A DNA stretch of 63,703 bases, counting the filler, from an uncultured Methanosarcinales archaeon (lineage in GTDB: Archaea > Nanobdellota > Nanobdellia > Woesearchaeales > UBA12501): NCBI GenBank assembly GCA_964397315.1. It is 3 parts of 3 records of this genome, joined end to end, with 100 filler letters (N's around TTAATTAATTAA, not from the genome) between each part and the next. Parts side by side here need not be neighbours in the genome. Positions count along the whole stretch, not along the records: positions 46,879 to 63,703 come from CAYNHV010000027.1; 2 more parts are not named here. The stretch is one strand, 5' to 3'. The notes under the pieces are model-generated. The model ran no database searches. It was given only the letters and a program-made list of their open reading frames with translations, and was not told the DNA's origin. Positions 61,725 to 63,703 of the stretch are shown one piece after another. Position 1 is the stretch's first letter. The number at the start of each line of letters is the position of its first letter. The translations under genes were made by a program, and so were the position numbers.

Positions 61725-62690
61725 GTGATACAAGTGTTCAGACAGGCAGGAATGACAAAGGCAACAGCAGGAGAGGTGCCTGCATCAGGAGCAAAGGAAA
61801 GTGTACTTGGTTATGTCCCTCTTGTAGCATCTGGTGGGGCAGGTGAAAACCAGGAAGAGGGAACCTTCAACGGCATTATCGCATCAAGCTTCACAAAGCT
61901 GGAAAAGGCAATATCAGAAAGAAGAGCCTTGGGCGGGAAAAGCATTGACAGCGAAGCCGGGCTTGTGGAGATGTCAGTTGTAGAGGGCCTTGAGAAGGAT
62001 GTCAGAAACGCAGCTGAGATAATGCTCGGAGAAGAAAGCATCACAAGGCCGGTGAAGAGCCTTTGGGAGGTTGACAATTATCACGGCACGCACTCAGTGG
62101 ACGTGGCAGTGGCATCCCTCCTGCTCGCGGCAGGCTCAGGCTTTTACAATGGCAGGCAGGACGGGCTTGTCTGCGTGGGAATTGCTGCCATGCTGCATGA
62201 CATAGGAAAAGAGAGGTATCCTGAGCTCTACACCAGGCAGGGAGAATTCACTGAAGAGGACCACAAGCTTATGAAAGAGCACCCGATTGACAGCGTCAAT
62301 CTGGTGAAAGACGCGCTCATGGCCCTGCCTGATTACATGAGGTATGTGGTGAAGAGAGGCATTGAGGAGCACCATGAGAACTGGGACGGAACAGGATACC
62401 CTGATGGCATAAAAGGCAGCAGGATAAGCAGGGCAGCCCAGATCATAAGGATTGCAGACTCAATGGAATCCGCAACATCGCCTGTAAGAGCTGCCATGTA
62501 CAACGGAAAGGCAAAGAGCAGGGATGAGATAATGCATGACATAGCAGGCAAGTCAGGGACAATGTACAGCCCTCACCTTGTCAGCGTGCTGCGGAACGGA
62601 TTTGATGAGTTCAGGCTTGACAAGATGAGATACAGCGGAGGACGTAGCCAGGGAGGAACATCTGAAGCTGAGAAAGAGTATCATGCTTAA
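61725..62690 (+). CDS. HD-GYP domain phosphodiesterase
   Basis: HS..VA, LHDIGK, HP, HHENWDGTGYPDG, IAD. Confidence 0.85.
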   Translation: MIQVFRQAGMTKATAGEVPASGAKESVLGYVPLVASGGAGENQEEGTFNGIIASSFTKLEKAISERRALGGKSIDSEAGLVEMSVVEGLEKDVRNAAEIMLGEESITRPVKSLWEVDNYHGTHSVDVAVASLLLAAGSGFYNGRQDGLVCVGIAAMLHDIGKERYPELYTRQGEFTEEDHKLMKEHPIDSVNLVKDALMALPDYMRYVVKRGIEEHHENWDGTGYPDGIKGSRISRAAQIIRIADSMESATSPVRAAMYNGKAKSRDEIMHDIAGKSGTMYSPHLVSVLRNGFDEFRLDKMRYSGGRSQGGTSEAEKEYHA

Positions 62691-62787
62691 CCACAGGGGG
62701 TGGTTAAAAGATGGGGGCTGCCTGTTAGTTGGGGGGCAGGCAGCCTGGCCATCTTTTCCATAATCAATATCGGTTTGGGGGTGTTTT

Positions 62788-63066
62788 ATGTCAGAATATG
62801 TCTGTCTCGGCCATGCGGGGCAGGAAAGGCTGGGGCTTGAAAGATACTGCAGAAAAGCAACAAGGGCAGAAAAGGCAGCATCCTTTTTTCACAAAGCCAG
62901 TAAGAAGGCATTCTTCATCACCTCAGTGCCTTTTTACTGGTTCATACTATTCAAGCATGTTGTGGGATGGTTCAATCCGGGATTTTTTGCTTTTGTTGTC
63001 ATAAGCTCAATAGCGCTCTCAAAGATGGGAGGAACTTGGGGGATAATCAGCGCGGCGATGAGGTGA
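62788..63066 (+). CDS. Small membrane hypothetical protein
   Basis: Two hydrophobic stretches. Confidence 0.4.
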   Translation: MSEYVCLGHAGQERLGLERYCRKATRAEKAASFFHKASKKAFFITSVPFYWFILFKHVVGWFNPGFFAFVVISSIALSKMGGTWGIISAAMR

Positions 63067-63214
63067 GCCGGGCAGGAGGGGTGGACTTATGAAGCTGAAC
63101 TACATGAGGATGAGAAGAAACGTGCTGTCATGGAGGCAGGTTGAGAAAAAGGCAGGCCGGGTTTTCATGAGAATGAAGACAAGGGCCGTGATAACTGTCA
63201 GGGAGGTGGCGTGA

Positions 63215-63592
63215 ATGACCTACTCAGGCGCCTGCTCAGGCGGGGGCTCCTCTTACAACATACATGACATTCACATCATGACAGAAGCTGTTGTGATGTC
63301 AGGCTGCTCTGTGCGTTATGAGAGAAGCAACATACCTTACGAGGGCATGATTGGAGGGGTTGAGTGCCTGGCAAGGGAGATATACCATTCATTGAGGGAT
63401 CCCTCATCCAAAGAGCAGATAAGAAAATCACTGCGTGAGTCAAAACCATTGATGACAGAGCATTGCAGGAATTTTGTTGACACCCTGATGTCACTTCCTG
63501 ACGACATGCCGGAGCCTGAAAGCCTTGTTTCAGCTGTTGAGGGCATGATGAGATTCCGCAAGGCAAAGCCAGAAGGCTACACTCTCCAGTAG
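63215..63592 (+). CDS. Hypothetical protein
   Basis: SD GGAGGTG; 125 aa. Confidence 0.55.
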   Translation: MTYSGACSGGGSSYNIHDIHIMTEAVVMSGCSVRYERSNIPYEGMIGGVECLAREIYHSLRDPSSKEQIRKSLRESKPLMTEHCRNFVDTLMSLPDDMPEPESLVSAVEGMMRFRKAKPEGYTLQ

Positions 63593-63703
63593 CGGGACTT
63601 GCCAAAGGTTTGCATATCTATTTGTTGTGCTTTCCTGCTGCATTCTCTTCAGTATCTCCGAAAGCAAATGATTTCTAAAAAGTAGTTTCAAAAACCGAAA
63701 ATT

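Overview
The window joins three contigs with artificial 100-nt spacers (N44-TTAATTAATTAA-N44 at 27344-27443 and 46779-46878), so adjacency across them is not biological. Contig A (1-27343) looks like an integrative mobile element. A tyrosine integrase and excisionase end beside a probable attP: a 38-nt 5' half of tRNA-Arg(TCT), TGTGCCAGGA arm-type repeats on both sides and an IHF-consensus site. Left of attP is defence-type cargo (TPR-GreAB-PIN protein, type IIG R-M enzyme, XRE-ImmA peptidase/DUF4411 PIN pair, DUF2188, WD40). Right of it, one long minus-strand gene run holds a two-gene ubiquitin-like conjugation module (Ubl-GG-E2 fusion plus JAB-E1 fusion), Zn-ribbon and membrane proteins, a HerA/VirB4-like ATPase split into two coupled ORFs, a P-loop kinase, xis and int. 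A divergent XRE protein and NACHT-HEAT gene follow. Contigs B and C are archaeal, probably DPANN/Woesearchaeota-like (inference from gene content, TATA/BRE promoters and BHB introns). They carry an oxidative-stress cluster, a bacterial-type AspRS fused to a YbaK/ProX editing domain, gatCAB, gatD, mre11, a complete arginine-polyamine-deoxyhypusine cluster, cdc48, cdc6 and a tRNA-Val(CAC) with two non-canonical introns. Best candidates for novelty: the Ubl module in the element backbone, the 5'-half tRNA attP, the AspRS-YbaK fusion and the spermine-synthase-like SpeD-SpeE fusion. All family calls come from motif recognition by eye; no searches were run.
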